Origin: a virus | Lineage: Duplodnaviria > Caudoviricetes | Virus record (IMG/VR): IMGVR_UViG_3300036790_000516 | Location: 1-54,787 of that record | Direction: 5' to 3' (one strand) | DNA length: 54,787 nt | Shown here: in pieces, positions 42,024 through 51,167 of the stretch | How positions within the stretch are numbered: the stretch's first letter is position 1 | Layout of the letters: each line of letters starts with the position of its first letter | The notes under the pieces: generated by a model | Databases searched by the model: none | Told to the model about the DNA's origin: nothing | What the model saw: only the letters and a program-made list of their open reading frames with translations | Position numbers and translations under genes: made by a program

Positions 42024-44843
42024 ATGAATTACGCGGCCGTGGAGCGATTCCTCTCAAAACTCCCAATCAGGGATCGCGACAGTTCCAAGGTAGTACCCTT
42101 CCGCTTTTTCCATAACCAGCGGAAGCTGCACCGCGCCGCCGCCGAAATGGCCGACGCGGGCAAGCCCGTCCGCCTGATCGTCTGCAAGGCGCGCCGGGTG
42201 ACTTGTTCCTCCTGGGCCGAAGGCCTCCTGTTCTGCCACTGCCTGGCCTATCCCTCGTCCCACGACCTGATCGTCGCCGACGCCTTCAAAACGTCCAAAG
42301 TGCTGATGCGCGTGCCCAAGGATTTCACTCCGGCGATCCCCTTTCTCAACATCGAGGCCATCGAGCGCGAGGTGCGCTTCCCGCACCCCTCCGGCGAGTC
42401 GCTGATGCAGATCGTCACCGCCGGCAAGGACACCAGCGGCCGCGGCTTTACCGTCTCCGCCCTGCACGCCTCCGAGTGCGCGCATTACGGCTCGCCGGAA
42501 GTCTTCCCGTCGCTGCTGCCCGCGCTGCAGACCCACCGCGACACCATCGGCATCATCGAGACGACGCCGAACGGCCGCGAGGGCGAGGGCGAAGTCTTCT
42601 ACGACATGTACTGGGACGCGGCGGGAGGCAAGTCCGAGTGGAAAGCGATCTTCCTGACCTGGGTTGACGACCCCGCCTGCGTCGCCGACGAGGCCTTCGC
42701 CGCCGACGCGCCCGCCGACGACGAGGAACGCGACCTGCTCAAGCGCGGCCTGACCCTCGGCCAACTCGCCTGGCGCCGCCTCAAGATCGCCTCGCCCGAG
42801 TGCGGCGGCTCGGTCTCCACCTTCCACCAGGAATACGCGACGACGGCGGAGGAGTCCTTCATCGCCTCCGGCTATCCCGCCTTCGAGATGGAGGAAATCA
42901 ACTGGGCGCGCAAGAACGTCCGCGAACCGAAATGGCGCGGCTTCATCGAACGCTCGACCGACGGCGAACTCATCCTGCGCAAGCACGCCGAGGGGACGCT
43001 CAAGTTCTACGAGGACCCCGTCCCCGGCCATTACTACTACCTCGGCTGCGACGCCGCGCGCGGGGACGAGGGGCGCGACTTCTCCGCCATCGTCGGCTTC
43101 GACGGCACGACCGGACATCAGGTCTTCACCTATGCCGACTACTGCCAGCCGGAGATCCTGGGCTGCCACGCCAACTCCCTGGGCCGCCACTACAACCGCG
43201 CGATGATCAACGGCGACCTCACCGGCGGCTACGGCTCCGGCGCGCTCTACACGTTGCGCGAGCTGATGCGCTACCCGAACATCTACCGCTGGAAGGGCAA
43301 GGACGACAAGCTCACCGGCGCGCAGCTGTCGAAGTCGCTGTGGATCGACATCACCTCGTGGATTCGCTCGCAGATGTTCGAGTACATGCGGCTGGCGCTG
43401 CGCGAGGGCGCGGGCAGTTCCGGAGACTACGGGATCGTCCTCTACGACGCCGACCTGGTGTCCCAGATCGAACTCTGCACGCGCAAGGACGTTCGTATCG
43501 ACGTGCGCAAGGGGCACGACGATATTTTATTTGCTTGCTGTTTGGAGGGAACGCTGGTCACAACGAATGAGGGAGTCCGGGCGATAGAGTGCGTCGAAAA
43601 GGCCGAGACGGTCATGTGCCACGATGGCTCAACGGACTTTGTCGTCAGAACCGCCACAAACTTCTATCGCGGCGATCTCATCTCTATCCAGGCGTTAGGC
43701 AGCCACCGCAGATTGCAGCTCACTCGGAATCATCGCGTCTACTACTCCCGCTACGAATGGCGAAAGCGCGGAACGAAAACGCGCAAGAAGATTCGCGTTA
43801 ACGTCGGATGGAAGCCTGCCGGTGAGCTTGCCGTCGGCGATTCGCTTCTCGTGCCGAAACGCAAGGGACTTCACCCCGCGCCATTCACCGACGACCAACT
43901 CTATGTAATGGGCTGGTATCTGGCAGAAGGCTGTATCTGTCGCGGTAACAACATTAGCTTCGCTCTGCACCGTAACGAGAGCGACGTAGCAGAGCAGCTC
44001 GCGCGAATCATGGTTCAGCTTGACCCGCCAACGCCCAAATTTGCCCGAGGTCGGCTCTACGAACGCAACGCGCCACGCTTCAGACAAAGCAAGGGCAACG
44101 GGTTCGTCCTGAGCTACACGTCCGATTATTGGAGCGCGTTGCTGGGCGGAAACTGCGGACGGCTATCGGAGTCAAAGTTCCTCTCGCAAAACCTGTTCGG
44201 CTCAATGGGACTGCTCCCGCTGCTACGCGCCTGGATCGATGGCGATGGCTGCCGCTCGTCCTCGAACCAACGTGAGCATCTATTTTGCAGTACGAAGTCG
44301 GAGCAACTCGTTTGGCAGATTCGTCAAATTCTTATCGACGAGGGTATTTGGTGTACGGTTGCGCGACCGTCGAGCCAAGACATCAACGTCATCCACATGA
44401 CGCCGGAATACTTTACCAAGTTCGCTGCTCCCGGCAAGATGCGAAAGCAACGCGGCGTTGTTCGGCGATTCGAGAAGCGCCACGTCGTCGAAACCGATGA
44501 GGGCTTCTGGACACCAATTAAGATTATCCGGCACGTGCCTCATCGGGGGAATGTATACGACCTCCAGGTGCGCGGTCCCGAGACTTTCGTCGCAGAAGGC
44601 TATGCCGTCCACAACTCGATGCTCGCGAACCTGGCCCGTCTCCATTGGGCGCCGCCGCGGTCCCCGAATCGCATCCGCAGCCGCGACGACGAGATCGAGG
44701 CCGAGGCGCTGAACAAGATGAAGCTGCGCGGGGATCGGGTGGTGGACGACGCGCGCGGGATGCTGGCCCGGCATCACGCCAGGGTGCAGCGGTCGATCGA
44801 CCGGGGCGTGCGGGACGAGGACAACGTCATGGAGGACGCGTGA
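42024..44843 (+). CDS. terL: Terminase large subunit with intein
   Basis: Q motif, KARRVTCS Walker A variant, GRG, LHASE Walker B, ETTPNG, F.QEY, LGCDAARG, HDD. Confidence 0.9.
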   Translation: MNYAAVERFLSKLPIRDRDSSKVVPFRFFHNQRKLHRAAAEMADAGKPVRLIVCKARRVTCSSWAEGLLFCHCLAYPSSHDLIVADAFKTSKVLMRVPKDFTPAIPFLNIEAIEREVRFPHPSGESLMQIVTAGKDTSGRGFTVSALHASECAHYGSPEVFPSLLPALQTHRDTIGIIETTPNGREGEGEVFYDMYWDAAGGKSEWKAIFLTWVDDPACVADEAFAADAPADDEERDLLKRGLTLGQLAWRRLKIASPECGGSVSTFHQEYATTAEESFIASGYPAFEMEEINWARKNVREPKWRGFIERSTDGELILRKHAEGTLKFYEDPVPGHYYYLGCDAARGDEGRDFSAIVGFDGTTGHQVFTYADYCQPEILGCHANSLGRHYNRAMINGDLTGGYGSGALYTLRELMRYPNIYRWKGKDDKLTGAQLSKSLWIDITSWIRSQMFEYMRLALREGAGSSGDYGIVLYDADLVSQIELCTRKDVRIDVRKGHDDILFACCLEGTLVTTNEGVRAIECVEKAETVMCHDGSTDFVVRTATNFYRGDLISIQALGSHRRLQLTRNHRVYYSRYEWRKRGTKTRKKIRVNVGWKPAGELAVGDSLLVPKRKGLHPAPFTDDQLYVMGWYLAEGCICRGNNISFALHRNESDVAEQLARIMVQLDPPTPKFARGRLYERNAPRFRQSKGNGFVLSYTSDYWSALLGGNCGRLSESKFLSQNLFGSMGLLPLLRAWIDGDGCRSSSNQREHLFCSTKSEQLVWQIRQILIDEGIWCTVARPSSQDINVIHMTPEYFTKFAAPGKMRKQRGVVRRFEKRHVVETDEGFWTPIKIIRHVPHRGNVYDLQVRGPETFVAEGYAVHNSMLANLARLHWAPPRSPNRIRSRDDEIEAEALNKMKLRGDRVVDDARGMLARHHARVQRSIDRGVRDEDNVMEDA
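43536..44615 (+). mobile_element. 360-aa intein with LAGLIDADG endonuclease in the terminase nuclease domain
   Basis: N-terminal CCLEGT, block B TRNHRVY, GWYLAEG and AWIDGDG motifs, VYDLQV...AVHN/S; lower GC. Confidence 0.93.
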
Positions 44844-45079
44844 GGCGACGTAAGCATTCAGTGCTGACCATCGGCGAGATACTGCTGGAAACGCGTAGCC
44901 GCGTGGACCTCGCGATGGAATCCCACAACGAAATGCTGTTACAGGCGCTAGACCGTATTCATCGAGCGGTCCTGCGTCTTGGATCCGCGGAGTTTGTTAA
45001 GCGAACGGAAAGATTGGTAAGGGCTCGGCAGCGTGCCGCGAAAGCCCTGGAGACCAAGCGCCACAAGGAACGGAGATAG
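44840..45079 (+). CDS. Hypothetical basic protein
   Basis: GGAGG SD; GTGA coupling. Confidence 0.55.
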   Translation: MRRRKHSVLTIGEILLETRSRVDLAMESHNEMLLQALDRIHRAVLRLGSAEFVKRTERLVRARQRAAKALETKRHKERR

Positions 45080-45081
45080 CG

Positions 45082-45552
45082 ATGCCGTCGCACCAGCTGG
45101 ACCCTAACGACCCCAACAACGTCGCCCGCATCCTCACCTGCGTGGTGATGGAGCACGGCGGCGAGCTGCGTCTCAAGGCCGCCACCTACGACTCCTACGA
45201 AAACGCTCGATTCCTGATTTACGATTATGATAGGCTCACCAACGAAATTGTCCTTCGCGTGACCTCGAACTTCGGTCGCGCCATCGCCGTAAAAGCGGAG
45301 AACGCCAATTGGCTGAGAGCCCCCGAGGACCGGGACGCCCCGACGATCCAGGCCCAACGAAACGTCCAGCGGCGCGTGATCCGCTCCGACGAGGAACTCG
45401 CCGCGTTCGAGGAGGCCAGGACCCGCGAGGCCCAACTGGCGCGGGAGGCCAGCGAGGGCCATGTGCGCACGCGCTTTCGCACCGAACAGACCCCGACGGC
45501 GGCGCAGCCCCGGACGACGACGACGGCGACGACCGACGACCCGGCGGAATAG
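45082..45552 (+). CDS. Hypothetical protein
   Basis: GGAG SD; high GC3. Confidence 0.65.
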   Translation: MPSHQLDPNDPNNVARILTCVVMEHGGELRLKAATYDSYENARFLIYDYDRLTNEIVLRVTSNFGRAIAVKAENANWLRAPEDRDAPTIQAQRNVQRRVIRSDEELAAFEEARTREAQLAREASEGHVRTRFRTEQTPTAAQPRTTTTATTDDPAE

Positions 45553-45872
45553 GCGACGCCATCGACGTTCCCGCCGAGAATCCGCGCCTGCTGTGGGGAA
45601 AGGTCTGGTCGGAGTTCAGTGCGGCGAGGGAAAAGGATCGCACAGGGGCATACCTCTCTTTGCTTCGTGATCTCGCAAGCCATGGTGACATTTTCGTGCC
45701 TGCTCTGATTCAGCCAAAGGACTACGCGGATCTAATTATCCACGTCGAGACGTTCGTCAAAGCCGACACCGGCGCGAAGCAAGGTTCGGCCATCGAGAAG
45801 GTGCAGGAGTTCCTTACCACCGGCGAACTCGAAGCGGTGATCGTGACGGCGGCCGACGGGACGATCAACTGA
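45549..45872 (+). CDS. Hypothetical protein, start codon unclear
   Basis: Protein-like frame (PRLLWGKVWSEF...) coupled by TGATG to the next gene; no ATG/GTG near its 5' end. Confidence 0.45.
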   Translation: MGDAIDVPAENPRLLWGKVWSEFSAAREKDRTGAYLSLLRDLASHGDIFVPALIQPKDYADLIIHVETFVKADTGAKQGSAIEKVQEFLTTGELEAVIVTAADGTIN

Positions 45873-46420
45873 TGCTGCACCATCTCTCCAACGAGAACTT
45901 TTGGGCGTATCTTGCGGGCTTTGTGGATGGCGAGGGGTGTATCTCTCACGGCACAGGGAAAAGCGGGCTTAGCCTTCGCATCTCCCAAAGCCGGGAACGC
46001 GGTCGAAGTTTGCTCACTCAAATTGCAACCGCGTTGGTGGGGAAGGCCGGATTGCGACCGGACTTTAGGATTCTTTGCTTGTCAAATTCCGAGAAATCTC
46101 GATCCCGTCGGCACAGTCATAAACAAGATCACTATCTCTTGGTGATTGGCGGTCCCCCCGCCCTTGTCGTGCTAGAGGGCCTGCTACCTTATTTGCAAAT
46201 CAAAAAGGTGGCGGCGTTGGATGCGATACGCTTCGCAAAATTATACCCCTGTCGGTCGGCGGGCCGTGGATACCGAAAGACCCTATGTAGATACGGTCAT
46301 CCAATGGAAGGCGATAACCTAAAGGTATATCTCGTCAGGCGCCAAGGAGTCGTTGTTCGGAAGGATCATTACTGCATCGCCTGCCAACGCCGACGTGGGC
46401 AAAAACGGAAGGCTGTGTAA
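45872..46420 (+). CDS. Free-standing LAGLIDADG homing endonuclease with C-terminal Zn-binding motif
   Basis: AYLAGFVDGEGCI, LLPYLQIKK, KTLCRYGH...CIAC; lower GC. Confidence 0.85.
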   Translation: MLHHLSNENFWAYLAGFVDGEGCISHGTGKSGLSLRISQSRERGRSLLTQIATALVGKAGLRPDFRILCLSNSEKSRSRRHSHKQDHYLLVIGGPPALVVLEGLLPYLQIKKVAALDAIRFAKLYPCRSAGRGYRKTLCRYGHPMEGDNLKVYLVRRQGVVVRKDHYCIACQRRRGQKRKAV

Positions 46421-47932
46421 GTGGCCGCCTATACAATTTTCCGCACCTCGGAAGGCGCGTCCCCCCGTAACACTCCCGACTCGGCCACCGACAAGGACAT
46501 CCGTTCGCGCCAGATCGACGAGCTGTGCCGCCTTAGCGAAGACGCCCGCCGCGAGGTCTACGGCACCGGGGCCGACAACGACACCCGCGACTTTTACAAT
46601 CTCCGGACGCGCTCGCGCAAGGCCCCGACCTACAAGCCGTACATCGCCGCGCCCCAGCTCCAGATGCTTCTGCTCTCGGACGCCGCCGACCTCACCGACG
46701 GCCAGGTGCGCGTGTCCATCGTCAACAAACGCTCCGGCCGCGACGCCCAGCGCGAGAAGGCCTTCCAGGCGCACTGGAAGCAGGAGAAATGGTCCCTGCA
46801 GCTCCTCCAGGCGCAGGTCTATTCCCAGTTCGCCGGGACCGCCTGGCTGCACGGCTACTACGACCCTCTCGCCGACGACGGCGAAGGTTCCGCCCGCCTG
46901 GTCGCCCGCGAGCAGCGCTCGGTCTACTGCGATCCCATCTCCCCCTGGCCCGAACAGTGGTCCTTCCAGATCATCGAGGACAACCTCTACCTCGACGAGA
47001 TCAAGCGCCGCTGGCCGGACAAGGCGGGCCTCATTCGCGCCCGCACCGCCCGCGCCGAAACCCTCGCCGGCCCGCCCGCCGGCGGGATCGAGATGCCCCC
47101 CGGCCCGATGTCGGTTACCGTGCGCGGCCTGCCCGGCGGCGAGCAATACTCCAGCGATGGCATCCTGCGCGTCCGCCATCTGTTCGCCCGCGACTCAACC
47201 CTGATCGAGCCGACCGAGATGCAGCGCGCGACGTTCACCGCCCGCCATCTCCCTATCCCCCGCTACCTCCCCAAGTACCCCTTTGGCCGGTATATCGTCG
47301 ACGCCGAAGGAACGATCCTGGTCGACGGCGACGCCTGGCTGCCGCTCGACCGCTACTGGCCCGCGATTCCCGTCTGGTCGCTGCCGCCGTGGGACTCGGC
47401 GTGGTGCCCGTCGCCGGTCAAAATCTCCCGCCTGCTCCAGGAAGCCGCCGAGCGCCTGATGACGCAAACCTACGAGAACGCCTATCGCCAGAACAACGGG
47501 ATGCTCCTGCTCCCCGAGGAGTCCGGGCTGACGGCGGACTCGGTCGGCGGCCTCCCCGGCGAGATCCTGACCCTCGCGCCGAACTCCCAACGCGAGCCCA
47601 AGGTCCTCTACCCGCCGCAGATGCCCTCGCAGATGATCCAGCTCCCGATGCAGTATCTCCAGCTCCAGCGCGACCTCCAAGGATTCAGCCAGTCGCGGCA
47701 GGGCAACCCCGGCGCGGGGAACGTCGGCGCGGATTTGTTCGACGCGTCGGTGACGCAGTCGCAGTCGATCACCCGGCTAAAGGCGCGGCTGTTCGCCTAT
47801 AGCGTCGAGAAGGCGGCGCAACTTTTGTTCTACTGTATGACCCGCTTCTACAATAAGGAGCGCCTCTTCTGGCTCGCGGGGCCGAACAAGCAGCCGGACG
47901 CGGGCGGCTCGGGAGGCGACGATGGCGTCTAA
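46421..47932 (+). CDS. Portal protein (P22-like), main part
   Basis: Position, size, GTAWL.GYYD, VYCDP, helical clip/stem pattern, DLQG. Confidence 0.8.
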   Translation: MAAYTIFRTSEGASPRNTPDSATDKDIRSRQIDELCRLSEDARREVYGTGADNDTRDFYNLRTRSRKAPTYKPYIAAPQLQMLLLSDAADLTDGQVRVSIVNKRSGRDAQREKAFQAHWKQEKWSLQLLQAQVYSQFAGTAWLHGYYDPLADDGEGSARLVAREQRSVYCDPISPWPEQWSFQIIEDNLYLDEIKRRWPDKAGLIRARTARAETLAGPPAGGIEMPPGPMSVTVRGLPGGEQYSSDGILRVRHLFARDSTLIEPTEMQRATFTARHLPIPRYLPKYPFGRYIVDAEGTILVDGDAWLPLDRYWPAIPVWSLPPWDSAWCPSPVKISRLLQEAAERLMTQTYENAYRQNNGMLLLPEESGLTADSVGGLPGEILTLAPNSQREPKVLYPPQMPSQMIQLPMQYLQLQRDLQGFSQSRQGNPGAGNVGADLFDASVTQSQSITRLKARLFAYSVEKAAQLLFYCMTRFYNKERLFWLAGPNKQPDAGGSGGDDGV

Positions 47933-48233
47933 TCCGAACGCGACTCTCCCAACGCCGACGCCCAAGTCCGCCGACGACTCCGCCGTCTCAAAGTCGGTCA
48001 AGTGGACGCCCGCCGCCGCCGACGATCACTTCGAGGTCCGTCTCGCCGAGGGCTCGATCACGCCGATGTCCAAGGACGCCTACCACAAGCTGGCCCTCGA
48101 ACTCAAAAAAGCCGGTGCGATCGACGTTCTCCACCTGCTCCTCGCGCTCGACTGGCCGGACGCCGAAGAGACCGCCGCCGCCGTCGAAAACGAGATGAAG
48201 CTCGCCGCGCTGGCCAAGGTGACGCGCAAATGA
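47922..48233 (+). CDS. Probable separate C-terminal (crown) module of the portal
   Basis: FEVRLAEGSITPMSK...LKKAGAIDVLHLLLALDWPDAEE resembles P22-type portal C-termini; has its own GGAGG SD. Confidence 0.6.
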   Translation: MASNPNATLPTPTPKSADDSAVSKSVKWTPAAADDHFEVRLAEGSITPMSKDAYHKLALELKKAGAIDVLHLLLALDWPDAEETAAAVENEMKLAALAKVTRK

Positions 48234-48769
48234 ACTCGCCGGGCGTGATTCAGCGGCTTCTCCAGCTTTTGCAATCGCAGCCGGCACCGAAGCCGCCTGC
48301 ATCGCTTGCGCCGCCCGCTCCGCCTCCGCCCCCTCTTCCGCCGGGAATGCTCAAGACCGGCAACATCGACGTGAACCACCGTCCAGTGATCTGGAACGAC
48401 GATGGCTCTCCTAGCACGATCTATTCCGCTACAGTTCCGGTAGGCAACGGCCAGTGGGCGCTGGTTCCCACGATCGCAGGGGGCAAGTTTCTAACGCCCG
48501 ACGGCAGGATCCCCAAGGAGTCGGACCGAAGGGCGATGCAGGCGCTTGAGGACGCTGCGCTAGCGCAGTATCGGGCCAGCGGTGAACATCTTGGTCTGTT
48601 CGCGTCGCAGCAGGCGGCGGATGACTACGCTAATCGCACTCACGCTTGGATGCCCAACGGCGGGCAGGAGCAGGTCTTCCTGCCGAACTATAGCGGCGAT
48701 AGCAACATGCCTTTACCCAGGGCCGAGTATGAAAGGGCGTTGAAGCAGAAAACGCAGACGGCCAAATGA
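48230..48769 (+). CDS. Hypothetical virion-associated domain protein
   Basis: GNID...RP...NDDGS.ST...LVPTI...GEHLGLF...A..YA motif recalled from phage internal proteins. Confidence 0.55.
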   Translation: MNSPGVIQRLLQLLQSQPAPKPPASLAPPAPPPPPLPPGMLKTGNIDVNHRPVIWNDDGSPSTIYSATVPVGNGQWALVPTIAGGKFLTPDGRIPKESDRRAMQALEDAALAQYRASGEHLGLFASQQAADDYANRTHAWMPNGGQEQVFLPNYSGDSNMPLPRAEYERALKQKTQTAK

Positions 48770-49014
48770 ACTCGCCCCCAGCGCCGCCGACGGCTCGCCC
48801 GCTCTCGTCGGCGCTCCCCCCTCCCCGCCCCCTCCCCCGTCCCCATTGCCAATGGCGCTCGGTCCCGTGGCTGGCGCGGTTCTTCGGCCGCTCCGAGCGC
48901 CTGATCCGCATGTGGTGCCGGGACGGAACCTTCGCGCATCTCTCCGTCTACCGCGATTCGCGCGGGCGTTTTTGGGTCGCCATGCCCGACGAGGGCGCAA
49001 TTACCATCCAGTAG
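48766..49014 (+). CDS. Excisionase/MerR-like HTH protein
   Basis: SV..LARFFGRSERLIRMWCRDG. Confidence 0.6.
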   Translation: MNSPPAPPTARPLSSALPPPRPLPRPHCQWRSVPWLARFFGRSERLIRMWCRDGTFAHLSVYRDSRGRFWVAMPDEGAITIQ

Positions 49015-49076
49015 TCCCCGTATCCCGGAAGCCTCACCCTTGTAACCGCCCTCCCCGGTCCCGCACTCTCGCCGTC

Positions 49077-49364
49077 GTGAAGATCTCAGACGGCCGCTCG
49101 CTGGTCGACTTCGAACTGATCGACATCGATCCGTTCTTCGACGCCAACGGCTGGCGCGGCGTCCGCGTCGCCGTCAACGGCGTCCCGGCGGCCCCGTTCA
49201 CCTTTCACAAATCCGTCCACGAGCAGTTCCTCACCGATGCCGCCTGGCTGGCCTACCTCGCCCGCCAAGGCGCGATGATGATCTCTCGCGGCCTGATCTA
49301 CGGAGCCGAGCGGCCGCAGTCACCGGCCGACGGCCTGACCTCGTACGACATGGGAGCGAACTGA
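49077..49364 (+). CDS. Hypothetical protein
   Basis: High-GC3 frame from the GTG at 49077. Confidence 0.55.
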   Translation: MKISDGRSLVDFELIDIDPFFDANGWRGVRVAVNGVPAAPFTFHKSVHEQFLTDAAWLAYLARQGAMMISRGLIYGAERPQSPADGLTSYDMGAN

Positions 49365-49435
49365 TGGCCAAAGGCGCGTTCAAGGGACGGCGCATGGGCA
49401 AGACGTCCACCCGGCGCGGCGGCAAGCGCTACTAG
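49364..49435 (+). CDS. 23-aa basic peptide MAKGAFKGRRMGKTSTRRGGKRY
   Basis: GGGAG SD; TGATG coupling. Confidence 0.6.
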   Translation: MAKGAFKGRRMGKTSTRRGGKRY

Positions 49436-49526
49436 CGCCGACGCCGACGCCAACGATTTTCCAATCGAGACTCGCCATCGGTCTCTCCGGCCTTGCGCCG
49501 GATCGTGGCGATGAAAGGAGGCCAAA

Positions 49527-49592
49527 ATGTTTGAAGATCAGCCCGTGCAGAACAAAAGGCGGGGACATCGTCGTGGCGGGAAGCGCAAGTAA
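49527..49592 (+). CDS. 21-aa basic peptide MFEDQPVQNKRRGHRRGGKRK
   Basis: Full GAAAGGAGG SD 5 nt before the ATG. Confidence 0.7.
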   Translation: MFEDQPVQNKRRGHRRGGKRK

Positions 49593-49637
49593 GCGCTGAC
49601 CGGCTCGGCACAAGGAACGTGAAGGGAAGGGGCGCTC

Positions 49638-49677
49638 GACGGGGGACGACTGAAGGGATGGGAGTCGTCCTCCCGTC
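49638..49677 (+). promoter_or_regulatory. Strong RNA hairpin without U-tract
   Basis: GACGGGGGACGACT pairs with AGTCGTCCTCCCGTC. Confidence 0.6.
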
Positions 49678-49704
49678 AGCAATCGCAGCGAGGGAGGACT
49701 CACA

Positions 49705-49902
49705 ATGCCGGACAAGTTCAGCAGCGACAAGTACGACCTGATGCTCACGCCGATCGACGAAAAAGGGAACATGACCAAGAACGATCCCTCGGTGGCCAAT
49801 CCGCCGACCGAGATCGACCCGCCCGACCCGACCGGCCTGATGCACGGGCTCGACAAGGGCGGCTCGACGGCCAAGGACGGCAAGGTAAGACGGCGAGGGT
49901 AA
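49705..49902 (+). CDS. Small head-region protein with basic tail
   Basis: GGGAGG SD. Confidence 0.65.
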   Translation: MPDKFSSDKYDLMLTPIDEKGNMTKNDPSVANPPTEIDPPDPTGLMHGLDKGGSTAKDGKVRRRG

Positions 49903-49908
49903 CTGGCG

Positions 49909-50367
49909 ATGGCGAGCGGCGGTTTCGATCCACGTATGCTTCTCTCGATGCTGTCGTCCCGCGCAGGCGGTGACGCTGGCAACGCTGGCTCCGGCGCGAC
50001 CGGTACCGGCACCGCCGATGCCGCCGTGGGCTCGGCCGCGACCCAGCTCCAAGGCGCCGACCCCGCCTACGGCCTCAAGCAGCTCATGCAGATCAAGAAG
50101 GACCTGGCGGCGATGATCACCCAGTACGCCTTTCGCGTTCCCGGCGCGTCCCGCGCGCTCTCGTCCTGCCTCAAGGGCCTGGACTCCGGGATCAAGGAAA
50201 TGCAGACGGCGCAATCGACGATGCAGGCGGTGAACGGTCCCGGCGGCGGCGGCGGCGCTCCAGGCGGGGCGTCCGGCGGCCCCATAGCGCTCTCGGCCAT
50301 CCCGCAGCCATCGCCTCCCGGCGCCCTCGGCGCGTCGCCGCCGCAAGGCTCCGGTTCCGGGATGTAG
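49909..50367 (+). CDS. Gly/Pro-rich helical head-region protein
   Basis: Position before the scaffold; central helical hairpin. Confidence 0.6.
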   Translation: MASGGFDPRMLLSMLSSRAGGDAGNAGSGATGTGTADAAVGSAATQLQGADPAYGLKQLMQIKKDLAAMITQYAFRVPGASRALSSCLKGLDSGIKEMQTAQSTMQAVNGPGGGGGAPGGASGGPIALSAIPQPSPPGALGASPPQGSGSGM

Positions 50368-50402
50368 CGACGTTGTAGCGACGACGAAAAGGGAGAACGA
50401 CG

Positions 50403-51167
50403 ATGACGTTACAAGAACTGCTGGCGCAAGCCGACCTCGGCGACGACTTCGACATCGAGGTCAAGGGGAACAAGTTTAAGGTGGGCGACCTGCGCGGCAT
50501 GTCTCGCGCCGTCGACGCTGAAAAGCGCGTCATGGAACTAAAGCGCAGGGAGGCCGAGAAGCTGGCCGACGACGCCTCTCAGCTCCTCGCCGGTCTCAAC
50601 GAAGCCGCCGCGAAGAACAAGACGGTTCAGCAGAAGACCGACGCCAACGCGGGCTACGACTGGAGGACCGATCCCCTCTACGCCCCCGTGGTCTCCGAAA
50701 TCGCCGCCGTCATGGCCGAGGCCAAGCGCGCGGTCGACCTCGCCGAGACCCAGCGCAAGCAACTGGAACAGGTCTCCTCCATCTACGCCTTCGAGCGCAT
50801 GCGCACCGAGTACGAGCGCTCCGGCTACAAGGACAAATCCTTCGAGGAGCTGGCGCAGGAAGCCATCGCGGCCAAACAGTACGACCGCTTCGGCCTGCCC
50901 ACGCTTGGCCCCTCGATCACCCGCCTGACCGAGCCGACCCGCATCAAGGCCGCACAGGACGAGGCGGTCAAAGCCGCCCGCGCGACCTGGGACGCCGAGC
51001 AGAACGCCGCCGCCGCTGCACCTGGGCGTGGCGGGGCCGCTCGCATCACCACGCAGAAGGCCGCGACGGCCGCGCCGCCCAACAAGCGCATCGAGGACCT
51101 CACCGCCGAGATGGTCGCCGCCGATCCCGACGTGCAAGCGGCGATGCGCGGGGAGAGCGTCTCGTGA
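50403..51167 (+). CDS. Capsid scaffolding protein
   Basis: Charged coiled-coil composition upstream of the capsid gene. Confidence 0.7.
   Translation: MTLQELLAQADLGDDFDIEVKGNKFKVGDLRGMSRAVDAEKRVMELKRREAEKLADDASQLLAGLNEAAAKNKTVQQKTDANAGYDWRTDPLYAPVVSEIAAVMAEAKRAVDLAETQRKQLEQVSSIYAFERMRTEYERSGYKDKSFEELAQEAIAAKQYDRFGLPTLGPSITRLTEPTRIKAAQDEAVKAARATWDAEQNAAAAAPGRGGAARITTQKAATAAPPNKRIEDLTAEMVAADPDVQAAMRGESVS

Noticed and set aside
48766-49014. Excisionase implying an integration module
   Set aside because: No integrase or att-like duplication was seen; more likely a generic HTH regulator or packaging factor.
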